A stretch of DNA of 64,000 nt from Octopus sinensis (GCF_006345805.1 NC_043021.1:25730001-25794000); one strand, 5' to 3'; shown: positions 12,241 to 25,717, counted from the stretch's first letter. The notes: generated by a model not told the origin, from the letters alone. Numbers and translations are program-made.

Positions 12241-13704
12241 AGTGGCACCACAACAGGGACTTCAGTATGCATGAATATCATGGAATGAAGTGAATCAGAA
12301 ATGTATCTTATGGAAGGATCTATATTCAGTGTTAATAGGATCAAACTGGTTTAAGATAATCTTGTCAACAACCCAATACCTCATAACCTCATGACCACAG
12401 AATATCTATTTATTTTTTTCTGACTTATATTGTAATTCATAAATAACAGTGTCATAGGTTATAGGTTTCCAGCAAGTTACTCCCAAGTTCACCATATTTC
12501 TGAAAGTGAGAGTAATAAGGGAGTGACTATAACCTGGTGCAGAACACATATCACAAGTAACTTCATTTGAAGAGCGCCATTTTTAGATTTTTCTTGTTTG
12601 TGTTTACATTTTTAGATTTACACACACATGCACACATGCACGCACACACACACACAGACACACACACACACACACACCCATACGGTTGTGAGGTAAACTT
12701 CTTAACCACCGAGTAATGTTTCTGCAGATATTTTCTCAATTCAGAAATATGGAAGAAAAGTCAATCTCATTATAATTTGGCCAAATAAAGGCAACATCAC
12801 CACCACCACCACCACCACCATCATCATTATCTTTTAACAGCGATCTTCCATATAGGCATAGTTTAGGCAGTTTGACAGGATCTGATTGTTCCAAGAACTA
12901 CATTGTGTTCCAGTGTCTGCTTTGGCATTGTTTTTATGGCTGGACGCCTTTCCTAACACCAACTTCTTTACAAGTGTACTGGGTACCGTTTTCATGGCAC
13001 CAGTGCAAATGGGGCCACCATGTAGCTTGCAAAAGTAAAGTCCGCTTGAACTGAGAGGGGCTATGGTAGTGAGTGTGGTAGCTTTATGATAAAAAAATGA
13101 GCGGTTAAAGTATGAAAGAAGGGGCCAGAACAGAACAGGTTTCATGGTGTAGGGGAGATACATGGCTACTCATGTTTCAGAAGAGTGACATGAAAAACTA
13201 AACCATAATATTTTTAGTTCTTTACCATTCATCAAAGTTGACCTCATGACATTTTCTAGTATATTAACTTAACTAATCAACCACTCTCTTCATTTATATA
13301 ACTATCAATATGAAAACAGTATTTGCTTTCATGTTAAATAAATATCACAAGTTCTGTGGAGTGTTTTTCAAACAAGTTTTCATCTTTTGACTTTGGGATG
13401 AATGAATGTTAGCATAGTAATTAAAGGAAACAAAACAAACGAGGAACAGAGAGAAAAGAAGGAATGGTTTGGGAGGTTTTCACAACAATTAAAATTAACT
13501 TTATGGTTCAACTCTTTCAAACAAATATGTAGATATGAATAGGAACAAAACCCTATTCAAGCCAGATAATAAACCATTAACAATAATAACCTGCTTTCAG
13601 AATATATTTTCATTTGAAGTTGAGGTGAGAGAATTCAATGAAAATGAATGTAAACAAGTTGTCATGTAGAGCAAGTGAACACCTCTTTTTCTCTTTCTCT
13701 TTTT

Positions 13705-13929
13705 CTCATTCTCTTTCATTACTCTTTACTCTTTTACTTGTTTCAGTCATTTGACTGTGGCCATGCTGGAGCACCGCCTTTAGTCGATCAAATCGACCCC
13801 AGAACTTATTCTTTGTAAGCCCAGTACTTATTCTATCGGTCTCTTTTGCCGAACCGCTAAGTGGCGGGGACGTAGACACACCAGCATCGGTTGTCAAGCA
13901 ATGCTAGGGGGACAAATACAGACACACAA

Positions 13930-13960
<31 letters not shown>

Positions 13961-14132
13961 CATATATACGACAGGCTTCTTTCAGTTTCCGTCTACCAAA
14001 TCCACTCACAAGGCATTGGTCGGCCCGGGGCTATAGCAGAAGACACTTGCCCAAGATGCCACGCAGTGGGACTGAACCCGCAACCATGTGGTTGGTTAGC
14101 AAGCTACTTACCACACAGCCACTCCTGCGCCT
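13705..14132 (-). mobile_element. Full-length tRNA-derived SINE (family A)
   Basis: The minus strand starts AGGCGCAGGAGTGGCTGTGTGGT (A-box) and has B-box GGTTCAGTCCC, an internal (TG)n and the tail GACTGAAACAAGTAAAAGAG. Many related copies occur in the window. Confidence 0.85.
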
Positions 14133-14357
14133 ATTAGCTTCTTTTTAAAAGAATAAATAGGTACCATTATCATTATTTTTTGTGTGTGTGTGTATGTTGA
14201 ATAATTATTAAATCAGAAGACCATGGGTGATGTTTCTGTAGATTTTTTTTCTTCTTCTTTCTCTCTTTTTGAAATGGTGGGGAGGCAATTTCCCATTGGT
14301 TTCTCCAGATAAAATTAGAATTTCTTCATTTTCTTTTCTGGCAGCTAAGTGAATTAA

Positions 14358-14569
14358 CTGTTTAGCATTTAGACTGGCCATATCCAACCTAAATATTCTA
14401 CCTGTTTTATATTCAGACTGGCCATATCCAACCTATCACACCTACCTACAATGTCATACTAAAAAGAAACAATCGCATCAAAATCTCAACACTACAAGAT
14501 AATAAATGAGAACATTTGACATGGGAGATAATGCATTATATTTGACAGAGTAGTCTGAATGTCAAAGGG
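14358..14569. mobile_element. piggyBac-like MITE
   Basis: TTAA at 14354-14357 and 14570-14573. Imperfect TIRs CTGTTTAGCATTTAGA / TCTGAATGTCAAAGGG. Confidence 0.55.
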
Positions 14570-16635
14570 TTAAAAACATATGCAGTTGGATCTTCTGCTC
14601 TGAAGGATAGAGAAAACACCCGCAGAAGATTTAAATACATCTCATATGACTTGGTAGTCTGATTCACCAAGCCATTTTCCCATAATTCTAAACAGTTTAA
14701 AAGTAAAGTACATAGCTCAACACTTTTCCTAATTTTATTCAGAACAATATTCATCACTTTATCAATCTGGTTATGTATCCATCTATTTGTACTGTTATCA
14801 TTCTGTATTTCCATCCATTTTTGCTGGTCACTATTCCAAGGAAGGTTATGGGAGTAGAGTCTGCAAGCACCTTCTCCATAGGATCCTACCTGAAGCATAC
14901 CATTATTAAACTTTCCTGTCGGATTCCTAAGAGTGACCCACTGAGACCATGGATATACTCCAGTCATCTCACTTTTGGTCTACCACTGGGCTCCCTGCCA
15001 GGTGGCTCAGCTTGAAGAATCTGTCTTGCAATCCTTTTATGAGGCATTCTAACTGCGTGCCCATAGTACCAGAGCTGTGACATCTATATTTGTTTATTTG
15101 AAATTTCTCATACCCCTCTGAGTTGTAAAATAAAAGAATCTTAAGTAGATTTTAGAGAGTTTGACCAAAGAAACCTTAAGTCTAGTCATATCTAAAAATA
15201 TTGGGTCTCACAAAAGTTGTCATTTAGACCAAAGTCAGTTTTGACTGAAGAATTCAGGCCATAGCCATCTTATTACTTATTTTCAGGAATTGTGTACATT
15301 GGACTATATTATTCAAGTCCTTTATTTAAATGGTACAGTGTGGTTTTAAGGAAGATTTAACTATTATTTCTAATAGAACAGGAGATCATATAGAGATAAT
15401 CTCACAAAATAGATGATGCATGATTGAAGAACATAAAGTAATAATGTATTGCAGATCCATCTCAAATTAACACTAAAATATGATTGTTAAATATAAGACA
15501 GTTTGTCATTGTTTTTGCATCTATTTCTCCATGTTGGAGGAAGGATTTTTTTTTTATCAAGTGTAATTTTTTTGGTGCAGTTTCTTTTAAATAGTTATAG
15601 GCATGGTTGTGTGGTTAAGAAGCTCTCTTTGCAAGCAAATGATTTCAAGTTTAGTCCCACTGTGCAGCACTTTGGACAAGTGCATTGGGCCAAACAATGC
15701 ATTGCGAGTGAATTTAATAGTTGGCAACTGTGTGTAAGCCCAGTGTAAATGTGTGTGTGTGTGTGTGTGTACTCCTCTTATTGCTAGAGAACAGGTGTTT
15801 AAGTACTAGACTTAAAGAAATAAGTACCGGGGGTCAACCTGTTCACCTTGAACCATTCAAGGCATTTGTTCCAGCAAGGCCACAGTCCAATGACTGAAAC
15901 AAATAGAAGATTAAAAAATATTGATGACAATGATCATCACCCTCATCTGTTTGTCTTCAGTTGAAATCAATAGTTTCTGTTATTCCTGAATCAAAGAAGC
16001 TTCAGTAATAAAAATTAGTTGCATTGATCCTTATTCAAAGATTACCATTATATCATAGCCATTTGCTGTGGACCTTGTAAATGAGGTACCTAGTGATTTT
16101 AGGGAAGAATACACAGCATTGGATTCCTGGTATTTTCTCCAGACCTATGTCACTGTAAGCTTATGAGACACTTGTGATGCTGAGCATCAGGGAAAATGCT
16201 TTCCAGTATTTCTTTTGACTCTTTATGCTCTGAGTTCAAAACTAGCTGTGGTAAACTTTACCTTTTATCCTCTCGGGGTTGACACAATAAAGTATCTGTT
16301 AAGTACTGGGAGTAATGTAATCAATGAAACCCGCTTGCTTCAAAATTACTGGCCTTGTACCTAAATTAGAAACCATTAATTTTGCAGCTTCTGTGGCTGA
16401 CAACAAAAATATATACAAATACAACTGTAGTCTGAGCTTGCAAAAATTAAGTGATTCAGTCATAGACATTAGGCTGGGGTCTATAAGGAAACATGTATCA
16501 TTGGTTCTTTGGCTAGGAATCTTTTGATTCAGGCATTTACAGTTCTTTAATCCATTTTATTCCAGCTTTTTTATTAAGAAATCTCAAAACTGTTAAAAAC
16601 AAGCTGTCATTTACCTTTTGTATTTTCCATTTTAG

Positions 16636-16992
16636 ATTTTGAGAAAGCTGCTTCATTTCTCAACGAGTTTCTATTAAAGCTTAGTGAAGATGTGGAATGT
16701 GCTGAGTTACGAGACTCTCTTACACTGGCACTGTTACATATGCAGAAATACTACCGCATCTTACAGTGTCGTAGCCAAGAAAAAAATGCATATCAAGCAA
16801 ATATGCTGCCTCTATCTGCAAGAAGTCTCAGTCCAATGACACCATTTATTGATGCCCCAGATAAGTTTTTATGGAAATGGACAAACTTGGAAAGTACAAA
16901 ACTCCGAAACTCTATGTCATATATACTACCAAATATTATTCAAGCCACAAAAGAAGGAGACATTGAGAAAATTCTAGAAATAGTTATGCAAG
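16636..16992 (+). CDS. Internal exon: L27-like helical domain, linker and start of the first ankyrin repeat
   Basis: Acceptor tattttccattttag|AT and donor CAA G|GTAATT. 357 nt, phase 1-1, no stop codons: DFEKAASFLNEFLLKLSEDVECAELRDSLTLALLHMQKYY...IIQATKEGDIEKILEIVMQ. The end is an ankyrin first helix-turn-helix. Confidence 0.8.
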
Positions 16993-17512
16993 GTAATTTA
17001 TTTATATATTTATTGATACATTGTCACTGCATGCCACCTGGGCAAGCATCTTCTACTGTAGCCTCAGGTCAACCAAAGCCTTGCAAGTAGAATTGGGTGA
17101 TGGCAATTAAAAGAAGCTCTTTGTATTCTTGTACATATATATGAATCTGTGTAAGGATGTGTGTGTGTGTGTGTATGTGTTAGTATCTCTTGGTCTACAC
17201 ACTGAGTGATTGTTGAAAACATGCATCATTATCAGTATCTTTTGTTTCCAATCTTCCATGAAAACATGTCTGGCCATGGGGAAATATCTTCTCACTTGGA
17301 AACAGGTGAGGGTTGGCAACAGAAAGGGCATCCAGTCATAGAAATCTGCTTCAACAAATCCCATCAAATTCCTCTAAATAAAAGGGGATGTTAAAGCAAT
17401 CCTGAGCTTGTAATTTTGTACTTTGCATATCAAAGATGAGATGCATTTTTAAAAAATTGAAACGTTATTAATGCTTTTTTTTTTTTTTGCTAATCTATGT
17501 TGCTTATATTAA

Positions 17513-17623
17513 CCTTTTAGCATTCAGATTACTCGGTAGGTGTAAAGGGTCGAATCTGGAAAATTTTAACATAAAACAGGTTGAATATTTGAACCAGATA
17601 AAGTCAGTTTAAATGCTAACAGG
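17513..17623. mobile_element. piggyBac-like MITE (same TIR family)
   Basis: TTAA at 17509-17512 and 17624-17627. TIRs CCTTTTAGCATTCAGA / TTTAAATGCTAACAGG. Confidence 0.6.
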
Positions 17624-20122
17624 TTAAATGAACAATAGGATTTGATTTTTATCCTGAAGTTATTTTCCCTTTACAGTATTAGTTACAAGTCAGATATGCA
17701 TGGATGCTTTGGTCTAAAAATATACCTGAAAAAAAACCTCATTATTTTTATGGAAAATATAAAAAGAAATACCTGTAAAATAATCAAATATCAAATGTTT
17801 GTTTTCTTTGACCACTCATAATAAGAAATATCTGTCAGAAAGTGATTAGCCATATTAAATTTTGAAGGAGATAGAATTGAAAGATTTTTCAAACTTTTCT
17901 TGAAGCTTTTTATTACCCTATTCCCAATGAAATACACAGCTTTTTAAATCAGTTGTCATTATTAAACTGGTGTTTAGAACATGAAATTTTGATAGAAGGT
18001 TTTAGCACAGATCACTTTAAAACAGGAAGTTTATATCATGGAACCAGGGGTGGTCACAAGGTGGATTGGTATCAAAAGAATTAATGTATTAACAACCCCA
18101 AAATAAAATAAAATTGCTAAAGAATCAAAACCATATCAGGAATTTTTCCACAGATACAGAGAAATGATTCTTAGCTTTATTTCAGCAACTATTTCTTTTA
18201 GTTGATTGATGTTTATTTGAATACATATAGCAAGTACATTTGTTTCGGGCTAAGTTTACAAAGCCATAGGTGCTGAATGTTACTACCTGCTGTGATAACC
18301 AGCCAGGCCTGGATTTTTAATATGATCAATGACAAAAAGAAACTAGTTTTTTAGTGAGCCTAAGAACTTCAAAGAAGTGATACTCAGCTTACATAACTGA
18401 AGAATCTCTTTGGAATTTAATGTTAGTTTTATTGAAGATAACATTCCCTGGAAATCTGGTATCTATGGGCACTAATAATAATGCACAATGCTTAGAGATG
18501 AAACAATATCTCTGCAGATGATTAAAACTCAACACATCTTCCTGTGTTAGTAATTCTGTACGCAACAAATCAAAATTAGGTTAAAATAAATTATCTTATT
18601 TGTGTTGTATCAACCTTTCTGACAAATAGCTAACACTTAGAGTAGTTGGCCTTAGAATCAGTGAATAAAAAAGTTCTTGCAACTAGGTTTGTAGAAATGT
18701 GTCATGCTGATTACAAAGGAAAATATAACAATTAAGATGTATAAAGAAAGAAATCTAAAGATATCTTTCAAAAGAATCAATGAAATTACTCACCGAATTT
18801 TGATCTTCTAAAGAAAAAGAAATTGGTATCTTTTGGGGAGTATTTTTTCTTTTAAGATTTAATTTGAACAAAACTGTAATGTAATTGCTCAACTCTAATG
18901 AAAATTGTAATTAAGAGTTAACGATCTCATTTTCCATTGGAATTATTCCAATGGAAAAGAAAATCGTCAATTGTTTCTAACACAGTTATAATTTCAAGGG
19001 TAAAATAAGAAAATGGAAATTTGTGCTGTTCGTGCCTTTTCTGGGCTTGGGTGGGAATATTTGCATTGTAAATGAAATGGTTCTAACAAGAACTGAAGCT
19101 GAGCTGCAAACTCATGTCAGTGATAATTTACTGCTTTGCCATAACCCTCAGTCATGGATACAATATCAAAAGTTAAATTCTTATATAGGTGTAAGATGTT
19201 TAAGCAAAAAGAAATTAGGGTGCTGTGATGTTCATGCCTTTCCAACAAGTGTGAGGAAGTAAGCAATTCTTATTGAGGAGTGAATATGATTTGGAGCACT
19301 GGTTGAAAGGTTTTAAGTTCAAATTACTACAAATTGATTGGAGAGTAAAAAGTGAATTTTTAAAAAATTGAAATAAATTTTTTTATATCACCTATCACTT
19401 AACACATGCACATAATTGCAATTTCGTGGAATATTCACACTTATTTACATGGCAGATATATGCAATTTAACTAAAGGTTGTTTTTTTTTTTGTTTATGGG
19501 AAAAATTGAAAAATAAGAGTGAATATTTATTTTATGAGTGCTGTGTATGAAGTCTATAAAATTCTGCATAAAGTATATAATTGGCTTTAAGTAATGATCG
19601 TATTCCAATTTCTTTCACTTTCCATACAGACACAACACAAGCTATGCTGTAAGATTTTTTGGATAAAGTTTTCAGAAATAACACAACAGGTTTCCCATTA
19701 ATTTCATGAAATACTCACAGGTCCTGCTAGTATTATTTAAATTCACTTACATAAATTAGTTTATGGCTTGTATTGGTTTTGAGAACATACAAGAATCACA
19801 GACATGTTATAGCCTTGAGTTGACATTAAAAGTCATCAAAACCAAGCAGATATTTTATCAGTTCAGTGAGATAAAATGAAACAAGCCTCAGGGCAGCAGA
19901 AAGCCATAACACTGTCATGAACTTTCCAGCTCATTCTATCAAACCTAAGTACAATAAGTACACACATATTAATACTCACACTCCGAGACATGCACACAGA
20001 CACACACACACACACACCTATATATATATATTCTTATATATACACACACACACACACATGTATATACTTACATATATACATATATATATATCATCATCGT
20101 TTAACGTCCACTTATATATATA

Positions 20123-20385
20123 CTGTTGTGTCTGGGGAGAGTCATTCTCTTTTAGTGCCTTATTATTTAACACACTCACTGGTAAAATTTCCACTTATTT
20201 CTTATTTTTATTTCCTAAAATTTTTGTTGCGTCTTGCAACCTTTTCAATAGTCTTGACTCTTTAGGTATGCTAAATAAATGTCAAGACTATTGAAAAGGC
20301 TGCAAGACGCAACAAAAATTTTAGGAAATAAAAATAAGAAATAAGTGGAAATTTTACCGGTCAGTGTGTTAAATAATAAGGCACT
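20123..20385. repeat. Long inverted repeat (arms 20123-20258 and 20281-20385, continuing at 23537-23567), probably a Penelope-like terminal repeat pair
   Basis: The arms are reverse complements with about 2-3 mismatches and a 22-nt spacer. The right arm is split by the CR1 insertion. Each arm holds a degenerate hammerhead-like motif TTGAAAA-GG(T/C)TGC-AAGAC-GCAAC-AAAAA. Confidence 0.8.
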
Positions 20386-23300
20386 GAACCGGAACTCAGC
20401 TCTGCAAGAAAGTTTCAGTCTTCGTGAGGATGGACAAATCTGGAGATTTGTTAAGACTGGTGAAACGTGGAAGAGAGATACCAGCTGGTCTGAGTGCTCT
20501 CTACCCACAATAACTGAAAATGGAAAAAAACTACAGCAACTCTGGGAAACTAAACCAGAACAACCTGCCATCCTCTACACACCATCATAAACTGCAAGCA
20601 GGGTACAAATTGTTGTCCTTAAATGCTTGCAGTTTATGCAACAAAATACATCTGTTCAACTCCTTCGTCAGAAGTATTGACCCTGACTTCATCACAGTCA
20701 CGGAAACATGGGCACATTCCTTACTCTGTGATGGGGTTTTCAACATTACTGAGTACAACCTTTTCCGCAAGGACTGCATTAACCGCCATGGGGGTGGTGT
20801 GATGGTCTACGTTCGTTCAAATTTTTCGGTAATTCCTTGTGCTGATTTGAACGAATCACAAGAAGAAGGTTTTTCTGTGACATACGTATGACCATGTCAA
20901 CACTCCTGCTTGGCGTTGTTTATCGTCCCCCAAATTACCATTATGACACACAGCTTTGCGATATCCTTCGAGCTGCTGCCAGGAAAACAGCTACTTATGT
21001 TTTTATTGCAAGCGACTTCAATCATCCTGAGATCAATTGGGAAACCTTCCATTGGCCACAGAGTGCAAACGATTTCGTTGAGTTTGTACTGGACTCAAAC
21101 TGATCACAAGTAGTCACCTCTCCAACAAGAGGCGACAACACCTTGGACTTGCTCTTCACCACAACTCCTGAAGCGGTTATCAATTGTACTGTGAAGGAAC
21201 CTCTAGATGACTCTGATCATGCTATGATCATCGCCAATCTGGCTCTTGCGGGCAACAACAAACACCTGAACCATCTCCAATCTACTTCCTTCGATTGGAA
21301 GAGAGCAGATTGGAACCTGTACCACACTGAATTACAGCACCCTAACTGGCATGAATTCAACAACTCTGGAGATGTGAATACTATACTCCAGAGTATCCTG
21401 GACTCAATATGGGCAGCATGTGCAGCATCAGTGCCACATAAACAGAAAAATAAGAACCGCTCCAAAAGTGCAATTTGGGAAACTTCAGCAGTCCGACTTG
21501 CCAGGAAGGAACGTCGGATTGCTGAACGGGAATACAAGTTGCATAAATCAGACACCAACAGGAAAAAGTGGAATAAATCTTCCAACCATCTCAAGCAAGT
21601 GACAAAAAAAGCAGTGCTTGAATTTGAACAGTGCATAGCAGCCAATCCTGACAGCAAGGTTTTCTGGAAATATGTGCATTCGAAGCAGAGACTTCACTCT
21701 CCAGTGGGCCCTCTTCGCAACTCTCACACAAGCCAGATCACTGACGATCCCAAGGAATGCGCAGAACTCATTGCCGAGTGCTATGCAAGCATATTCACTG
21801 TTGAAAATCAAAATGTACCATCTTCACCATCTCTAACAGCAAATTCCATAACAACTATGGAATTTACACCTGCAATGCTGCGACGTCACCTTCAAAATAA
21901 GCGCAACTATGCCTCCCCTGGTCTTGATGGCGTTACATACCTGCTTCTCAAACATGGCAGGTACTTCCTTTTACACCAGCTTTCTATTTTTTTCCAGTAC
22001 TGTCTCAACAATGGTGCTACTCCGGAGCAGTGGAAAACCACCAGTGTCATTCCTCTGTTCAAAAAGGGCGACCGCACATCACCTGTCAACTATCGCCCAG
22101 TCAGTCTCACTAGCTGTATTGCAAAACTGATGGAATCGTGTGTCAGAGAAACACTTTGGAACTTCTGGAGCCCTCACAGTCTCATCCGACCCTCACAATA
22201 TGGATTTGTCCCTAACTCCAGCTGCAGTGATCAGCTTGTCGAGTTCCTTGAGGACATTACTCAGATCACTGACAGTGGCTCATGGGTGGATGTTGTCTAC
22301 CTTGCCTTTGCTAAGGCTTTTAATTCTGTGCCACACAAAAGGCTTATGGTGAAACCCTCTGCAATGGGTGTGAGGGATGATCTTTTTAACTGGTTGAAAT
22401 CCTTCATTCTCAGCCGAAAGGAGGTAGTCACAGTTCTAGGACAGCATTCTACACCATATGAGATGTCATCGGGTGTACCACAGGGATCTGTTCTTGGTCC
22501 CCTCTTGTTTGTGGCATACATTAATGACATAGATGCCAATTTAAAGAATGCCACAGTATTGAAATATGCAGACGACATCAAGCTGTACCTTGAAATCAAG
22601 AGGACAGATCCTGATGTCTACAACTCTTTCCTGCAATCAGACCTGGACACAATGCAGCAATGGATCACAGACTGGCAACTGAAACTGGCTGTGGACAAGT
22701 GTACCACCCTGCATTTTGGGAGAAAAAACCCTGCGTCCACATACTCCCTCCACAACACTGATATCAAGAAATCCTCTTGTGAGCGTGACCTAGGCATCAC
22801 TGTGATTTGCGTTGGACAAAGCTTATCTCTAAAATTGTCAAGAAGGCCAAGGGTGTCTTGGCATCACTCAGCAAGACTTTTGTTAGCCGCTCTCCAGCCA
22901 TCTATTTAAAGCTGTATACAGCTATGGTACGACCACACTTGGAATTCACATCATCAGTTTGGAACCCCTATCTTGCTCAGAACATTGACCTCCTGGAATC
23001 TGTTCAGAGATGTGCAACCAAACGCATACCCTCCATCAGACACCTACCATACTCTGAGCGCCTTGTTTCCCTAGGCATGGATTCACTGAAGCTCCGGCAT
23101 CTGGCGATGGACTTGGTAAACACCCTCAAAGTTATCAACCACCTCACCAACAACAACACTGAACACCTTTTTGATCTCCATGTGTCCAACACACGTGGAC
23201 ATGCCTACAAAGTCAGAAAACAGCACAGCTCCCATGACTTTCGGAAACATTTTTTCACGCTAAGAATTGCTGAAGCATGGAACAAACTGCCTGCATCAGT

Positions 23301-23536
23301 TGTTGACTGCCATGACACTGCATTCTTTAAGGCCCTCATGCTTTCCGAAATCCGCCGAAACTACACCAGATTGTCCCCCTTCCATACTCATACACATATG
23401 TGTATGTCATGACTCATGCACTGTTCTTTTCCTGATGCTTGTACATTACCCTATGTACTATACATGCACTTTAGATGAGTTGTAGTGCACCTGAGCACTG
23501 TACACAATGTTTTATTATTATTATTATTATATTATT
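20386..23536 (+). mobile_element. CR1-clade LINE, 5'-truncated, 3151 bp, non-functional
   Basis: Contains an APE endonuclease (SLNACSL, VTETW, GGGVMVYV, VYRPP, SDFN, PTRGDNTLDL), an RT domain (NYRPVSLTS, GVPQGSVLGPLLF, KYADDIKL) and a CR1 C-terminus (VRPHLEF, VQRCATK, WNKLP). The 3' UTR has a short stem-loop (AGTGC..GCACT) and a (TAT)n tail. No TSD. Confidence 0.92.
20520..23412 (+). pseudogene. CR1 ORF2 (APE-RT), disrupted
   Basis: Frameshift near 20880, TGA at 21101-21103 and a frameshift near 22800. The catalytic RT motif YLDFxKAFD reads YLAFAKAFN. Confidence 0.9.
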
Positions 23537-23702
23537 AAAAGAGAATGACTCTCCCCAGACACAACAGAATATGCTTCAACACACGAACTCATATAAAGAA
23601 TCTTGCAAACCAAATCCAAAAACGAAATACACACACATATATATATATATATATATATCTCAGTGCCTCTCTGAAAGAGAGAGAGAGAGGGATATATATA
23701 CA

Positions 23703-23738
<36 letters not shown>

Positions 23739-23750
23739 TATATGTATATA

Positions 23751-24100
23751 CTAGCAGTATCACCCGGCATTGCTCGGGTTTGTTTCGACCCTTTAGAATT
23801 GAAATTTTTGAAAAGTAAAAACTTTGCATTATGTAGCTTGTTATTCTCTTTAAGTGAACATTTTCCTGGTAGAAATACACTGAAAAATGGCGACACGGCA
23901 GTCAAAAAATCATAAAAAATAGGGATTCTCATAGAAAAAAGGCACCGTTTTGATGTAAATAATTTTTGGTGTTAACATGGTCCAATTTGAATTTTTTCTT
24001 TTACGGAATGAAGAGCAAGCCTTCTTCTATCATACTTTCAATTTTGGTCAACTTGCGCTGCAGGGTTTCAGAGGAGATAGTGTTAGTTGAAGGCTACCAA
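23751..24100 (-). mobile_element. Non-autonomous Helitron, 3' part
   Basis: The minus-strand 3' end has hairpin CCCGAGCAATGCCGGG followed by CTAG (23751-23754). The same terminus occurs at 47375-47404. Confidence 0.6.
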
Positions 24101-24102
24101 AT

Positions 24103-25717
24103 ATATATATAAAACTGAGAATGTCTGTCTGTTTCTCTAAAGCTTGAGAACTACACAACCAATTTCATTCAAATTTTACACATTGCCTTACTTAGGGTCC
24201 ATGTAGTTTCATGGTCAAAAAAATGTTCAACTTCTTGCCTAGGGTGAGCTCATAGCAATATCATATCTTCTCCACTATTTCAGTATTACGTGTTAAAAGT
24301 GAAACAAAAACATTTCTCTATTTTATGTCAGATGCTTTCACTTTAACAATAAAAATAATAATAACAATTGAATTATATGTAGTAAGTAATAATTAAAATC
24401 AAACTAAAGTATAATATAATCGTAACATAACAAAAGTAAATATAGCAATTGGTATAAAATTGCATCAATGACTTGAACTTGAATAAGTGGTTTCACATGA
24501 ATGGGAATAAATTAAAAATAAAATTAGTGTGCAGAAATGGAATAGTCCAGATGGAGGTGTGCACATACTGTTTACCACGGCTTTTACATTAGATTATCTG
24601 CTAATTAGCTAGCATTAAGTATCTATATGAATTTTAGCTGTATGTAATGTCTGTTTTCTCGAACAGCCGCTTCTACTGAGTACTGCTGTTAGTTTATTTC
24701 TTACATATAAAGGACTATAGCTTCAACTGTGTACTGCTTTTTGATTCACCGTAAGATTTGTTGTTATTATTATTACTGTTTAACTATTGTTATCACGTTT
24801 GTTGGTTCTTCGTAAGGGAAATGTTGTTGTGTTCCATTTGTTAAATAATTGTAAACTGTAACCCTCCCCCTTTGGGAGAAGGAGCATTGGTTATCGTTTA
24901 AAAATAGAATTGTGTCCCTGTTTGGGGAATTGACAATATTTTCACCGTTTACACGGAAGCATTTTTGTTAGAATGCCTTTCATAGAAGAAAGTCCAAAAA
25001 TAAATTTCGCTGCAGCCATCAGCGGGCGCGAACTCATTAAAATTAAAATGGAAGAAATACAAACCTATTTTGGATTGATCACTGACAAAGACGGTGAATC
25101 TAGGATAACACCACCAAACGAAATAAAAAATTAAATTAAAGAAAAGACTGTTGTCTTTAAAGTATACAATGTAGAGTAAAAAAAAGATTTGAACACCTGG
25201 AGGAAAGCATCATCGAAAAGTGTCTTGGTGCGACTATGAAAGATATCTAACCAGAGGCGGTAAACTCGCCACAATAGAAGCAAGGTTCGAGTCAACGGAG
25301 CGTGCAAGGGAGTACTCGACTCGAACCTTGCAAAGTGGAAATATTTTATTTTTACCTTTATATCTGGGACGTAGGACGTCCCGGATAAAAATTTAAAATG
25401 TCCCCCCAGAAGTAGAGGTAGGCTGGATTGTAGCCACACTTCTATACAAGAGGGAGGACAAGATACAATTGATTGAAATTGCAAGAGACGGGCCTACAAT
25501 TCCAGTTTGTTATATATTTTGAGTATTGTTATCACTAGCGATATCAAGATATAACTTTGTATTTTGTATTTTATGTGTAGATGTATATATATAGATGTAC
25601 ATGTAATATGTACACATATATACATGCACTAGCACTATGACCCGGCAACGACGGGTCATCGGCAACGACGGGTCATCGGCAACGACGGGTCATCGGCAAC
25701 GACGGGTTATAATGCTA

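Noticed and set aside
13990-14132. tRNA genes at the SINE heads (also 7791, 55142, 56820)
   Set aside because: A and B boxes are present, but there is no complete cloverleaf and the sequence continues into SINE bodies.
16636-16992. Possible PP1-docking RVxF motif in the ankyrin protein (KFLWKW, RILQ)
   Set aside because: Neither fits [RK]-x(0,1)-[VI]-x-[FW].
16993-17090. Read-through extension of the ORF-track peptide (GNLFIYLLIH...)
   Set aside because: It lies past a strong GTAATT donor and runs into SINE-derived sequence, so it is intronic.
21143-22909. 588-aa RT ORF as an active retrotransposon or host gene
   Set aside because: It is part of a frameshifted CR1 ORF2, with the catalytic Asp of YLDF changed to Ala.
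25643-25710. CRISPR-like array
   Set aside because: The 17-bp units are contiguous with no spacers, the context is eukaryotic and there are no cas genes. It is better explained as a Helitron end hairpin expansion.
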